DNA of 64,000 nt from Octopus vulgaris. Lineage: Eukaryota. The translations under genes and the position numbers were made by a program. Positions 1 to 14,100 of the stretch are shown here, one piece after another. The stretch is taken from the NCBI GenBank assembly GCA_951406725.2, contig OX597832.1:8308001-8372000 (forward strand), written 5' to 3'. The notes beneath the pieces were generated by a model. That model did no database searches. It was given only the letters and a program-made list of their open reading frames with translations, and was not told the origin of the DNA. Positions within the stretch are counted from its first letter, which is position 1. Each line of letters begins with the position of its first letter.

Positions 1-300
1 TTTGATATATGCGAATTCACAATAATAAAGAAATAAAAGTAAAAGTTAATCAAACAATGCTTTACCAAAATAATAACAAATGTGATAACAGAAGTATAAC
101 AAAACATCATAATTATAAAATAATAAATAACGTAACTAGAACGAAATTAAACAATATAAAATCAACGGAATCCTCATATTTTCCAAATAATACAGAGAGA
201 GACAGATAGATGTAAATGTAGATTTTCTGTGAATTAAGTTACTAAGAACACTAAGAAAACTAAGAACATTACCCTTACTATGGAAATTAACCATGTATGG

Positions 301-507
301 TCATCATCATCATCATTGTTCGACCGTGGTCGAGACAATGGAATTTACCATGCTATGTCAGACTTCACGGTCCATCATAGCATTACGGAGGTCCTGTTGC
401 TGGATGCCTGTATCCCTACTATTCTCCTCTGGAAGCCATCTACTCGCAATACCAGAGGGCGCACACTCTCCTACCCTGATGTAATCTCCAGGGGTACAGG
501 CATCCAT
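301..507 (-). mobile_element. 3' end of an RTE-like non-LTR retrotransposon with an inverted 5' segment
   Basis: Minus strand 417-301 reads SRDTGIQQQDLRNAMMDREV and ends in a (TGA)n tail. Plus strand 418-507 reads LLWKPSTRNTRGRTLSYPDVISRGTGI, the adjacent upstream part of a typical LINE ORF2 C-terminus. Confidence 0.65.
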
Positions 508-1027
508 AAAAGAGGAGGGGAAAGAAGAACCATGTGTCACCCTAATCTCATGGACTGTTGTGTATCTCATCCGATACCTCACCTGATTGCTCCCTAGTTA
601 TATAGGTAGCAGTAAAAATGTTTATATCATATTGCTAATTTCTGTGTTTTATTTATGATATCGTCTGACGTAAATACTAGGCGTGACACTTCTAGGTAAG
701 GTTCGCATCTCGATCTTTCTACGTCGTAAGTTAGTACCCAACTTAATATCGAACATACTAAATTATATTCTAAAGTTTTATTGTTGCTAAGATGACAAGT
801 TAGCTTACTAAGCGCTGTTGAGCTTTCTTTATTTCTATGTCTGAATGTTGAGAGGTGGTTATAAAATCGAAGTTAGAAAGCTACTGCGCAAAATCTTATG
901 TAATTGAAAACATTATTATCCATAAAGACCAAGCATTTTGCACTATGTTCTCTAGACATTGTTTATTTGTTTGGTTCCCTAGAGTTACAATTATTAATTT
1001 TGCCATTATTTTCGCTACTTTAATTGT

Positions 1028-2060
<1,033 letters not shown>

Positions 2061-3217
2061 CAGTAGTTTTTTTTTTTATCACGTGCTTTCACTTCACTAC
2101 CGAGCGCAGCTCTGTGTGTCTTTGGTATGTGCTGTGGTTTGCTGTGATGCTCTTTAGGTTACTGTATTGAAAGTGTTTTGCGCAACATGTGTGCAGTACC
2201 CAGTAGTGCAATTTTCTGTATGTACATATATTTGTAAGTCCTGGTGTTTTGTTATGTATTTGTCTGAATATTTTTTATCATACTAATGTGCCCATAATGG
2301 TAGGAATTGTTTCTGTTTTTAGATTCCGCATTCGAGTTACCTCTATTTCCAGGACTTTGTATTTTGAAAGTTTCTCTATTTCTTTTAGAGAAAAGTTGTC
2401 ATCTGATAGTATTGATACGTCAATTAGAAAGCATTTTTTCCTTCATGATCTCTGACAACTATATCTGGCACTTTATTCTTAATTTCTCTATCTGTTTGTA
2501 TCCCAGAGTATGGTTGCTTTCTCGTTTTCTGTGACCTTTTCTGGCGTGTGCCTATACCATCTTTTTTTCTGTTGTTATTCCATAGTGTTGGCATAGCTTC
2601 CAGTATATGTAGGTCCCAGCTCTGTTGTGTCTGTGAATATATTCTTTCTTAGCCAGGACTGGGCAGCTAGAGATAATATGATTTATTGTTTCTTGTCTAT
2701 CTCCATATATTCTGCAGTTTCTTGTTATGTTTCTTTTCATTATATGTTTTTGGTAATTTCTGGTGGGGAGGCTTTGGCCTTGTGCTGTAATTAATAATCC
2801 TTCAGTCTCTGCTTTGAGTCCTGAGCTTCTCAACCAATGCTGGGATTTTTCTTTGTCTATTTCTTTTGCATTTAGTTTAGTCCAGTATTTACCATGAAGG
2901 GGCTTTTCTTGCCATCGTTTTATCATGGTCCGTTGCTATTCTAATTTTAGTTTGAATTTCATTTGTTTTATAATTTTTGTTGTTTCTTCTTCGTATTTGT
3001 TAGGTACTATGACTTCTTGTTTGTATTTGCCAGCTTACTTAAATACTGAAAACAGTTTTTTTTGTTTTGCTTTTTTGTGGCTATCTCTGAAGTAGGTATT
3101 TTTGCAGCCCTAAGGTGGTTATTTTATAATAGTTTTCCATCTGTATAAGGCCTCCACCACCTTTTATACGTTGTACATATAGCCTTTCCATGTCAGATTT
3201 TGGGTGGTGCATCCTAG

Positions 3218-3218
<1 letters not shown>
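2061..3218 (-). mobile_element. 5'-truncated R4/Dong-clade non-LTR retrotransposon (restriction-like endonuclease type) inserted in (TAA)n
   Basis: ORF 2552-2926 has W-x-x-KPLHGKY, LKAETEGLL-x-AQ-x-QSLPTRNY, a decayed CCHC knuckle (CRIYG...ETINHIISSC) and YIHRHN, all R4/Dong hallmarks. Both ends abut TAA repeats, the known Dong target. Confidence 0.85.
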
Positions 3219-3288
<70 letters not shown>

Positions 3289-3300
3289 TTCTACTTCTAC

Positions 3301-3365
<65 letters not shown>
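3219..3365. repeat. (ATT)n microsatellite
   Basis: Directly visible. Confidence 0.95.
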
Positions 3366-3366
<1 letters not shown>

Positions 3367-4997
3367 CGATTGAGACAGCAGTGCATACCATCAATGTGAC
3401 ACTGGGGTAAAATATAGGAAACCCAATATACCCACCCATCAATTAAGGGTACACCAGGCACGTATATCACAACCATATGTGTGCGACATGGTGATCTCAT
3501 ATCAAGAAATATTTGGTGAAATGGGGCGAGTGATGGGATTGCGCTGGAGAGAACGGAGGACACGTAGGATCATTTGAAGAAGGGGTAGGGTGGAAGGGTG
3601 GAAAAAGAGGGGAAAGGGTTGTGGTTAAGGTATTGGTGTGGGGAAGGTGAGACGATTCAGCACATCCGTATACCGTATATATATATATGTATGTATGTGT
3701 AAAAAAATAAAACTGGGACAAGAACGCAAAACATTTAGAAGACGATATAAAAAACACGGACGGGACATTCAAAGCCTTCAATCTTCAGTCAAGAACCGGA
3801 TCATCCTCGCAATTTCGGCTGATTAATCTTGAGATCGCTCCGATCCGGCCAGCCCCAAGGAAAAACTAAGCTACGAGCATTAGATTCCTTGGTAAAAGGA
3901 TCGAATGTATACGAAACAGGGACAGAAAAACGGGCGATATATGAGATAAATTAAGATAATATGGGGTGTCTATGTACTTTTGATATTTCTATATACTATA
4001 TACACACAAATCGCGATGGTGATAGAATTGATTAGGATGTTATATAAGGCAAAACCATGTGTTGCATCTTAGATGCTCATTATCCTCATTCAAATTTTAG
4101 TTCTGCTATATAACACACCGTTAGATGTTTCCAATTTCAAGAGCCCTCAGGTTTCTAATAATCCATACGGAATGTTCAAGTAAGAATTTCACACCGTCCA
4201 GATGAAAATTAATAAATGCACTCGGCCACAGATATAGAAGCACAGTCACAATCCCATACACCCAAACACTTTCTGTAATCATGTGGACGCAGGTGTGTTT
4301 CAGGTTAAAACTATTGTTCCATAAACATCTCGTTATAGGATCGATCTCACTGTTTGGTAACTTCGACGAGTGTCAATTATAATAGATTTTTCTCAGCTCA
4401 AAACAGATGAGTGTAATCGGGTGGAGGTTTCAGATGTGGAGATGCCCAAATAATATTTTCTATAATTTACTGTATAAGAGTCTATGATCTAAGCCATCGT
4501 ATGTGGCAACATTGATATCCAACACACTCATGAAACAGAATGTTCATATAGAAATAAATTTGCAGTCGCTGTCGGGATGCTCAAGCATGGTCGGAGCAAA
4601 TGTTCGTGCGTGTGTTTGTATGTGTCTGTGTATGTGTGTGTCTATGTATGTGTGTATGTATTTATAGGTATATATATATACTTTAGACTGCAAGAAATCA
4701 AAAAAACCCTAATTGACAGACATTACCCAGCTCAACTCATATAGGATGGGATCAGACGTGCAACAGAAATCGACATAGAAACTTTGAGAAAAGTTCAACA
4801 CAACAACACACCTTCCCCGAAAATACTACCTTACATATCCACATACAACCCCAGAAATAAAGAAGCCTTCACCATCATCACCCAGGATTTACCAATACTT
4901 CATAAGGACCCCAAATTAAAGGAAATTCTAAACACACAAAATCATTAAAAGCTACAAACAACCTAAATCACTTAAAAAGATTCTCACAAAGGCAAAA

Positions 4998-5477
4998 TTG
5001 TTTTCTGAAATTACGGATGCAAAAGTAAAAAAATGTGGTAGACCGAAATGTGTAACATGTCCAAACCTGCTAGAAGGATCAGAATTCCTTTTCAAAGAGG
5101 GACAGAAATTCAAGATCAAATCTAATTTTACTTGTGCCTCTGAAAACATAATTTATGTCATAAAATGCTCGGGCTGCCACCAAAACTACGTGGGGTCCAC
5201 GGGACTATCACTCAGACGTAGATGCACACTGCATCGACAACAGATTGCATTCCCAGAATACAGAATGATACCCTTTAGTGAGCACATTGAGAAATGCGCA
5301 AAGCAACTACTACCACAATTGTTAATCTTTCCATTTTACCAATGTGCTATCGGAACACCAACACAAATTAGACTAAACAAGGAAATATTCTTCATTGAAA
5401 AATATAAGCCCAAACTGAACCACTCCAACATTCTTATACGGAGAAACTCACCCCTCCAAAAAGGCAAGAAATATTAA
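4998..5477 (+). CDS. PLE Zn-finger/GIY-YIG endonuclease fragment
   Basis: KCGRPKCVTC, FTCASENIIYVIKCSGCHQNYVGST, LRRR, KEIFFIEKYKPKLN. Confidence 0.85.
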   Translation: MFSEITDAKVKKCGRPKCVTCPNLLEGSEFLFKEGQKFKIKSNFTCASENIIYVIKCSGCHQNYVGSTGLSLRRRCTLHRQQIAFPEYRMIPFSEHIEKCAKQLLPQLLIFPFYQCAIGTPTQIRLNKEIFFIEKYKPKLNHSNILIRRNSPLQKGKKY

Positions 5478-5569
5478 GCGATTATCTCCCTTACACAGGA
5501 AGAAATCACTTATTGCTTCCCCTTACCTGGAACTCTTCTTTACACTTCTCAACGAAAACATAACGAGGT

Positions 5570-5609
5570 AAGAAATTTGAAAAGCTGAACGCGAAACCGG
5601 TCATTTCTT
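5570..5609 (+). ncRNA. Minimal type I hammerhead ribozyme, U3-A8 core variant
   Basis: aagaaat TTGAAAA gc tgaac gc GAAA ccg GTC atttctt: perfect 7-bp stem I, palindromic stem III ACCGGT, GUC cleavage triplet. Confidence 0.8.
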
Positions 5610-5765
5610 CAAAAACTATGTCATTGTATGAAAAAAATTTATAACATTCTTCTGACATAATGACTCAAATATATATTTTTTAACCTTTTAAAACAAGCCT
5701 TCTGTAGTTTTTTCACTTTTTACTATTTTCTATATATTCAACCACGTGCTTTCACACACCAATTT

Positions 5766-5769
<4 letters not shown>

Positions 5770-5838
<69 letters not shown>

Positions 5839-6012
5839 CATATATATATGTATGTAGATATGTATATATGTATATATATATACATATATATATGCATATA
5901 TATATATGTATATATATATATACATATATATACACACATATATATATATATAAATATATATAATATATATACTTATATATGTATACACACACACGCATAT
6001 ATATGTATACGC

Positions 6013-6059
<47 letters not shown>

Positions 6060-6062
6060 CAC

Positions 6063-6112
<50 letters not shown>
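5770..6112. repeat. (TA)n/(CA)n/(TG)n compound microsatellite
   Basis: Directly visible. Confidence 0.95.
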
Positions 6113-6113
<1 letters not shown>

Positions 6114-6115
<2 letters not shown>

Positions 6116-6420
6116 GAGGCGCAATGGCCTAGTGATTAGGGCAGCGGACTCGCGGTCATAGGATCGCGGTTTCAATTCCTAGACCGGGTGTTGTGAGTGT
6201 TTATTGAGCGAAAACACCTAGAAGCTCCACGAGACCCCGGCAAGGGGTGGTGATCCCTGCTGTACTCTTTCACCACTCTTTCTCCCACTCTTTCTTCTGT
6301 TGGCCTGCTCGCTTAGCCAGCGGGGTGGCGTCATTTGAAGGCTAAAACAATGCGAACGCATTGTGACCAGCGATGTGTAGCAACATCTGATAGTCTGGTC
6401 GGTTACAGTGATCACGTGAT
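6114..6420 (+). mobile_element. tRNA-derived SINE (octopus OR-like head)
   Basis: A box TGGCCTAGTGATT and B-box-like GGTTTCAATTCC. The head matches the copy at 15417. Confidence 0.8.
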
Positions 6421-6484
6421 ATATATATATTTTTCTTTTTCTTTCCAGCCTCAGCTCAGAGCTGCGGCCATGCTGATGCACCGC

Positions 6485-6534
<50 letters not shown>

Positions 6535-6852
6535 GTATATATATTGTGTATTTAAAATTTGTTTCTATAGCAAGATTCTCACTGGACAACAAATATGTGT
6601 AATTAAAACAAATGGAGAATAATTTCTTGCGATGTGTTCATATTTTCGCAGAAATTATATTGATATAGTGTTTGTATACTGTCAACTCAACGTGACAGTC
6701 CCGAAGGTGACTTTGGCATATATAATTTATATAAACATATAGGCGCCACGAAATTTACCGAGTAACATGTTGTTTCGAGTCTTTTCCATAGGAAAAGGTT
6801 TCAGTATGTACCGTGTTTGAGTTTACATACGTATATATACACGCATATAGTT

Positions 6853-6897
<45 letters not shown>

Positions 6898-7096
6898 GAC
6901 ACACAAATATACAATTATACTCATGCACACATACGTCAAGATAACGTCATGATTCTATAAGTTTAGAATTGCAGAGAATAGAATTTACTTCATTCAAGTC
7001 TGAAATGATTGATGATTAATTGTATAGGATGCTATGAAATTCACGGGGATGTGTTGAAAAGTTGATCAATACACTGTGTCATATATATACACCGTG

Positions 7097-7142
<46 letters not shown>

Positions 7143-7149
<7 letters not shown>

Positions 7150-7330
7150 GGTACTCGAATACCGGAGGTAGAGTGAGGAAGCTCCAAAAACAACACAAAA
7201 ATTGTTACTCAGAGTTTCACGTTCCCTTTCGTGGGACAGTTGTCGGACAAAACTGTCCGACGAAAGGGAACGTGAGACTCTGAGTAACAATTTTTGTGAT
7301 GTTTTTGCAGATTTATTAATTAAGCATACA
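7143..7330. mobile_element. Fold-back pair of PLE 3' tails containing degenerate hammerheads
   Basis: acaaaaattgttactcagagtttcacgttccctttcg...cgaaagggaacgtgagactctgagtaacaatttttgt inverted repeat. The same family occurs at 20735-20905. Confidence 0.7.
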
Positions 7331-7523
7331 GTTTTATTTATTTATTTTATTTTATTTTATCTAGTTTCAGCTCACGAGATGTGGCCATGCTGGGGCACCG
7401 CCATATATATATATATGTACGTATGTATGTATGTGTTCCCATACATGCATACATACACACACACACACACACACATTTATACATATATACATATATATAT
7501 ATTTATCTCTGTCTGTCTGTCTG

Positions 7524-7595
<72 letters not shown>

Positions 7596-7774
7596 CTTCG
7601 TGTTGATATTACGGTAATTTCCTCGACCGCGACCATCAAAAGCGTATATCAATCAATGTCCTTCTTGACTGAATTTTAGTTAAAGCCAAGGTTTTGATAA
7701 AGTCTGTACAGATTTGTGTCTCTTAAGTATCCTGAGAGCAAGGAACACTGAATTCTGGGAATACGACAATAACG

Positions 7775-7876
<102 letters not shown>

Positions 7877-7965
7877 TATAATAATAACAATGATAATAAT
7901 AACAACAACAACAACATCGAAAAATACCTTAGGAATGAGAACCCATGTTCGAAATTCTCCCACGT

Positions 7966-8008
7966 CACCTGATGAATGCTACAAGGTATATCAGCCGAAA
8001 CGTTGTGT
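7966..8008 (+). ncRNA. Minimal type I hammerhead ribozyme, canonical CUGAUGA core, in a short PLE-like tail (about 7919-8095) after (AAT)n
   Basis: cac CTGATGA at gct...agc c GAAA c GTT gtg, with palindromic stem III ACGT. Stem II is partly decayed. Confidence 0.65.
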
Positions 8009-10619
8009 TAACATCAAACAAGATGAGTACAAATACCCGTCAAATGTAAATAATGTAAATAATGAACATAATAATTTATCTCTTAAATATAGGAAATGTA
8101 TTACATATTGAATCATTGCACCCTATGTAAATTGAGACAATAAATACTAAATCGTTGATTGTGTAAATTGTTCCAATGCCATGTAGAATAACATACGGTG
8201 ACATGTTTCTGATTTTAGCATAATATACATCCGTTTTATAGTAGAGTATTACTCATTTATAAGTCTTTGTGCTTTTACAATCCAAAATTAATGCTGAAGT
8301 TATTCACAATGAAAGATAGAGCTGGGTATCAAATTTGAGGTATAGGACAACCATGTCACTTGCGACGATGCTGATTGATAAATAGTAAAACCAGGACTGT
8401 TTTAATCAGTCTAGAGCAGTGTTTTTTCTATTTATCAAGGAGCTTCTATTATCACGGCGTTCCTGCCTCAGATGAAAGCAGAGTGTGAAGACCTGAGGAA
8501 GACAACAATTTGCAAAGATTGCCTCGAAAATCAGGAATACTAGACTCAGAAACATAATTTAAATCGATTCCATTTATAGGTTTCAAATATGATCCTTAAA
8601 TCCTTTTGGAATTTATTCACGCTTGGAATTAGATATTGCTTTTATAAGTTTCCCCATCCACCTTCCACACACCACCGTGAATCCTTAGTATAGCGTTGAT
8701 AGTTTATCATCTATCATGAAACAGATAGTAGTTATATACTGCTTAGTAGTAGCAAATACTTTTTGATCAGATATCTACAATTCTGGCTTAGAGATGAACT
8801 TTATCTCTTCTCTTTTTCTCTTAAGGCCATGGCTTTCGTTACTTCAGTTATATACTAACATGCAATATAGTAATTTAAAGTATTGATACTAGCCATTTTG
8901 TATTTATCACTCCATAGAAAATTTTTATGACAACAATTTTTTAGCCTTGTTTGAATATCTGCCTTAATACCCGTAATGAGACAAAACCTGACTACTTATA
9001 CGAGCGAGAGACAATTACATTTAAGAAAAAATTATGACGCAAAATGTATAGATAACGGTTTGGTAAGAGAGGAATATAATTTAGAAATAAGACTTAGCGC
9101 ACCAATAAGCCAGTAAGTGTGACTGATATTTATAGGTAGAGCGATTATATTTGCAGACTGATATCTATACAAAATGCGTTTAGTCTAAAATTTCTCTGGT
9201 AAAATATATCTCCAGCAAGTAAGGCGTAAATTCTTTAGAAACTGATTTCCTAGATTAAAACGATTTCATTTAAATGTTTGCTTAAAATTGCTTCAAGTAA
9301 TATATGTTTTTATTTGCAACATCAAAGGGATAGTAGTATTTATAGTTAGACACAGTATGTTAGTGCTCTATTAATTATTACCTGTCAATGAACAAATATT
9401 TCTTAAGTTATTTTCTACTTTGTACCAGGCTTACTGAGTTTTAGAAGCTGGTTCGTCTCAGATACATATGGATTCTGAAAAGTGCTGTGGGATTCTTGCT
9501 CTGATTGTTCAACCATAATTCAACCCTGGTTGAGTAACTCTAATCAAACATGTTCAAACATTGATCATAGATTAACTAATATATCCTTTCCCTATTTAAC
9601 GTGGTTGGATAAAATTTTATGGATATTTGGTTGCTGCTTCTATCATGTCGTTCATAACGTAGAAAATTCATCGTTCACTTCTGAATTATTTTTCTTTATC
9701 GATGGTAGAGCTCGAATATGTATCTTATATTTCTTGAACAGTTGTTAAGAAATGATGCAGAATTGAGTTCGCTGAATCCAATATTTCTATTGTACAATGA
9801 ACTATTGACAGTATCATAGATATGGTTCTGATATATATATAAATTACAATGACATCCATGATGAAAGTATATTTTTTCTTTCAATTAATGTTGCACATTA
9901 TTTCTGGAATGCTACAGGTAAGAATAATATTTTTTAATGAAAAGAAAATTTCCGCTCACTTACATAAAACTTAGTTTATGTTTAAGAATTTTGTGCATTA
10001 TCAAAACAAAGGAAAATGTTAAAAGCGTATGAGAGAAAAATGCAAAACCAAAATGGTGTAATTACAGGTTAAATTTCGAAATTTCACAGGAGAAATGTAA
10101 TCGTATTTCATAAAAATTACCAACTGTTAACATTCCACCAGTGTAGATTCGTATCGCAATATTGGAAAGAACTAACGCACTCACATACACCACTCTCTCA
10201 CAAACACACACGCGCACACACATTGACATACGCACAGAGACCTGACTGACACACGCACAATGAACTAAATACACAAACATACACACACGCACATACGCAC
10301 ATTCTTACACTCACATTGTGTGATTCCAATCCTATTGCTATGCTATTTACCATAATATGCATTTAACACATTAGCGTTATACATGCACCTGGTTCTAAAT
10401 ATGCTAACGTTTTAACGTTTACTGTATTCTGATATTTTTACTATAACAAAAACATTTTCACTTATGAAGGAAAGCCTATGTCGTCTGGCTTCACAACCTC
10501 ATGGTTCGGGATCCATGTAGGGAAGAGTTTTCTACTATAATTTCGGGAAAACAAAATCCTAGTGAGGGCAGTTGGTAAATAGAAACTGAAAGAAGCCCAT
10601 CTTGTATACACTCACACAC

Positions 10620-10653
<34 letters not shown>

Positions 10654-10778
10654 CAATTTAGATAGGTTTAAAATACACACAATGGATATTAAATATCCGA
10701 AGAATTTACTGGTTTATATTTATGTTTAAACAGATATGTCTATCTGATGGAGAATCATTACAAATTTAAACGGATTTG

Positions 10779-10826
10779 ATTACTTTGAAAAACTCCGTTT
10801 TATTAATGGAGCGGAAATGGCTGTAA
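10779..10826 (+). ncRNA. Degenerate U3-A8 hammerhead in a PLE-like tail between TA repeats
   Basis: attac tTTGAAAA actcc gttttattaat ggag c GGAA atggct gtaat. Stems I and II are recognisable; GAAA and stem III are mutated. Confidence 0.4.
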
Positions 10827-11077
10827 TTTATGAGATGTGTTATTCGTTTCTATAAAATATTTAAATTGAATTGAATTTATAATTGTTCAATTTATTGTAT
10901 TGTTTTCCATTTCTTATATATATATGTGTCACACTGAATCTCCACGTGTCGTTGAAGTGCTCACCTACTTACACATTAATTCCACAATCGGATCAATTGC
11001 AACCCTCGTCGTCGCAAGCGACGGAGTGCCACGATGCACGCACACACACACACACACACATATATATATAATATATA

Positions 11078-11135
<58 letters not shown>

Positions 11136-14100
11136 TGCATACATGCACAGATATTATATACATGTGTTTGTGTTTATGTGCGTGTGTATCCTTGTATCTG
11201 GATTGTTGCCCACTACTTGGAAACCGATGTTGGTTTGTTTATATTCCTGTAACTTAGCACCTCGGGAAAAAGAACTGGCAGAATAAGTGCGAGACTAAAA
11301 ATAAAGAAAAATAAAAGCAATCATGAGGTGTATATCTACCTATGTATTCGCAGAGAGGGATGATAATACAGATGACAAGCTAGAAATTTCCTGAAAACAA
11401 AAAAAATTCTAAGGACCCTTTACGTATGCTCGGATAGCCATCAAGACTTAGATTTTTCATTTTGCCACACATTATATACATTGAAAGACACAGCGAATTT
11501 AATATGGCAGGACGTACATGTTAAACGGTTACGAAGCCAAATAGACGATATAGATAACATGTATAACTAAATGCATTCGTTCGGAACTGATGTACCAGTA
11601 AAACCAAAACCAAAGCTATCCCAATGTATATTTTAGAGAGGAAACCTCCTAATGATGGAAAGGCATAAATGTATTATAAATATGCTATTTGTAGTCAGCC
11701 ATCATCAGGAATACCATAACATCTTACACTAGGCCAAAGGATATCTTCCAATTTTACAACAATCCTCAAATTTCAGAAAAAATCCATAAAGAACCACAAA
11801 TTATCAACAACCGAAGATAATTGGTAACGCTTTATAAAAATACTGTACCACTTTGCTTTCGATTCCTTATGATTTGGGTTCAAATTTCGCAGGAAACAAA
11901 TTTGTCTTTTATTCTGCAGATGTCGATAAAATAAACCACCGGGGAGAATGTAACCTTCTTGGCCCTTCACTTAAAACAGATGTTCGTGCAACTAGGTAAG
12001 AAATAATAATTGTTGTTGGTGTATATCGTCGTCATCATCCTCATGATGATCACCATCATAATCCCCAGTGAATTGGTAGCAAATTTCGGGAAATTTCATT
12101 TACTTGTGTTCCAAGTCTAGTCGCTAACTGTGTGGAATATGTCAAACATTTTCTAATTCTTTAGAGAAGATAAAACGACCTTTTTGTAATATTTCAATAG
12201 AAAACGACAACTCGAATTGCAGGATGTTGAGATTTGCAACCACCTGATTTTGCCATTACATGAATGCAAGCAGTGAGAAACCGTATTGGAAGCTGAGGAG
12301 AGGATTGGGGTCACTATAATGTTAACCCTTACCCTATAGAACTGGCCGTTTATCAATAGATACTTCTATACACACTAGCTAGTGTTTCGGTGTGTAAATA
12401 ATACAGAATTCGTGAACGGAAACTGTCATTCAGCTGTGTCATCGGGAAATTATATTAAATGTCACCTTCACGACATGTGTGTTGTAAGTTCGTATCCTAT
12501 TACTTTCATATAATATCGAAATAAAGAACAAAAAATGAGAAAGTGAGGGAAATCGAAAGAGCGATAGAGATGGAGAATGAGCTCTTCGTTTTACTGTATT
12601 ATTAGGCTTCTATTTAATTGCCCATTCAAGGGACAACATAATAGAGAGTGAATAAATATGTTGTGTAACTGAAAACAAAATACAATATATAGAATAACAA
12701 TTGACGATTTAATGGACTATATGCTGCCTATCGATTACTGCAGTGACTATCGAACTTCTGAATCGATTTGGAAATGTGTTGTATACCATCCGTATGCGAA
12801 ATAAAAAAAACAACAAAAAACAAAAAACTCTTTTCAGAAAATAACGAATACGAGAAAGAAAAAAAAACCTACTTATCTCAGTTTCCAAAGACTACAAAAA
12901 GGTTAAAGGAAAGAACAGATAACAGAGAATCTCGTGTTATTAAGTGAATACCATTTCAATAGAAACATTATGAAGTTGAGTGATTCCTTCAATATTGGAG
13001 ATTAATTTAAAGTAAGAAGCTATGAATTCGATAAAAGGCTGCAACAAATTTATTTGCAATCTTAAAAGTTTTGGAGTATGTACTATAACAAAGTCTATTA
13101 CAAACCACTTGCATCCGCTGCCTTGACATTTCAATATTGACCAGGTCCACCTGTTATTAATCACACCGTATGAATATCGACAGAAGCCTATGTTGAAGTA
13201 AATCTTTATCTTAGCTATTTTATATTTCTCATTTTGTTATACTTTTTTGTTATTTTCTTAATCATGGTGAGTATTTATTCATTCTCCTAGGCAAGTTTAA
13301 TCTAATGTAACTCGCCAATTCTACTTCGTCATTTCATTACAGTGAAGAGGTAACAGTACCTACAACCATGTCCCCCTAGGGGTTAATGGGGAAATAAATT
13401 CTCTTAAGATGTGTTTTGATAGTAAACTAGATTGCTATATAATTGACGAGTTGCACCGATAAAGATCATGTCAGTATTAATCATAGATTATCGAAATTGA
13501 TGTGAGCAATGCATATTTCATGTGGCACTAAATTAAAAGAAGAACGAAGGTTATTGTTTAGAACCGAATCTTCGGTTAATAATACTTTTCCATCGGTTGT
13601 TGTAGTTCAACCCCCAGGTCAATTCCTATCGCATCGTTCAATGATCAAAGCTCTTCTGCCCATGGCCATCACGTATTTTTTTGTATCAAACATGATATTA
13701 TCTAATGTCTCATTTTTCTACAAGGTGCTCGGTGTAATGTCATAGAATTTGGTGGATATTTCTAGAGGCTCATTTCTGATTGTAGGTGGAGAAGTTATTA
13801 CCGGCATGGGCGGCGGCTAAGAACTGTAGAATAAATGAACACTTATTAAATTATATCATTATATCATGATAAAAGATTTGTTGTTTGGTGGACAAGAAAA
13901 TAATTTGTGAACAGAAATATATTATATCACATTCTGGGAATGACTTGGAGCATAATGTTTAAATATTGACGTAAATTAGAGTATAGCAAATAGCATTATA
14001 AACTACCTACTTATCTATATTCGTTTTTAATTATGTATGCATTTTGACTGTATCTTTCTACCGATCTATGAAGGAACTGATAAATCTCTCTCTCTCTCTC

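Larger units (their letters stand above)
4681..5770 (+). mobile_element. 5'-truncated Neptune-type Penelope-like element in (TA)n
   Basis: Decayed RT thumb (YPAQLI, LPYISTYNP), Zn finger CGRPKCVTC, GIY-YIG (NIIYVIKC...YVGST), a 3' hammerhead and TA repeats on both sides. Homologous to the 41-49 kb element. Confidence 0.9.

Noticed and set aside
3690-3935. Repeat-like segment containing CTGAAGA and GAAA on the minus strand
   Set aside because: Possibly a retroelement tail, but it could not be folded into a valid hammerhead topology.
6114-6190. tRNA genes at SINE heads (also 15417, 20650-20726, 36253, 53444, 54990-55040)
   Set aside because: A/B boxes are present, but the cloverleaf is imperfect and each continues into a repeated SINE body.
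6765-6810. Hairpin CTTTTCC-ATA-GGAAAAG flanked by CTGA/GAAAC on the minus strand
   Set aside because: The core is incomplete and there is no stem I or cleavage triplet.
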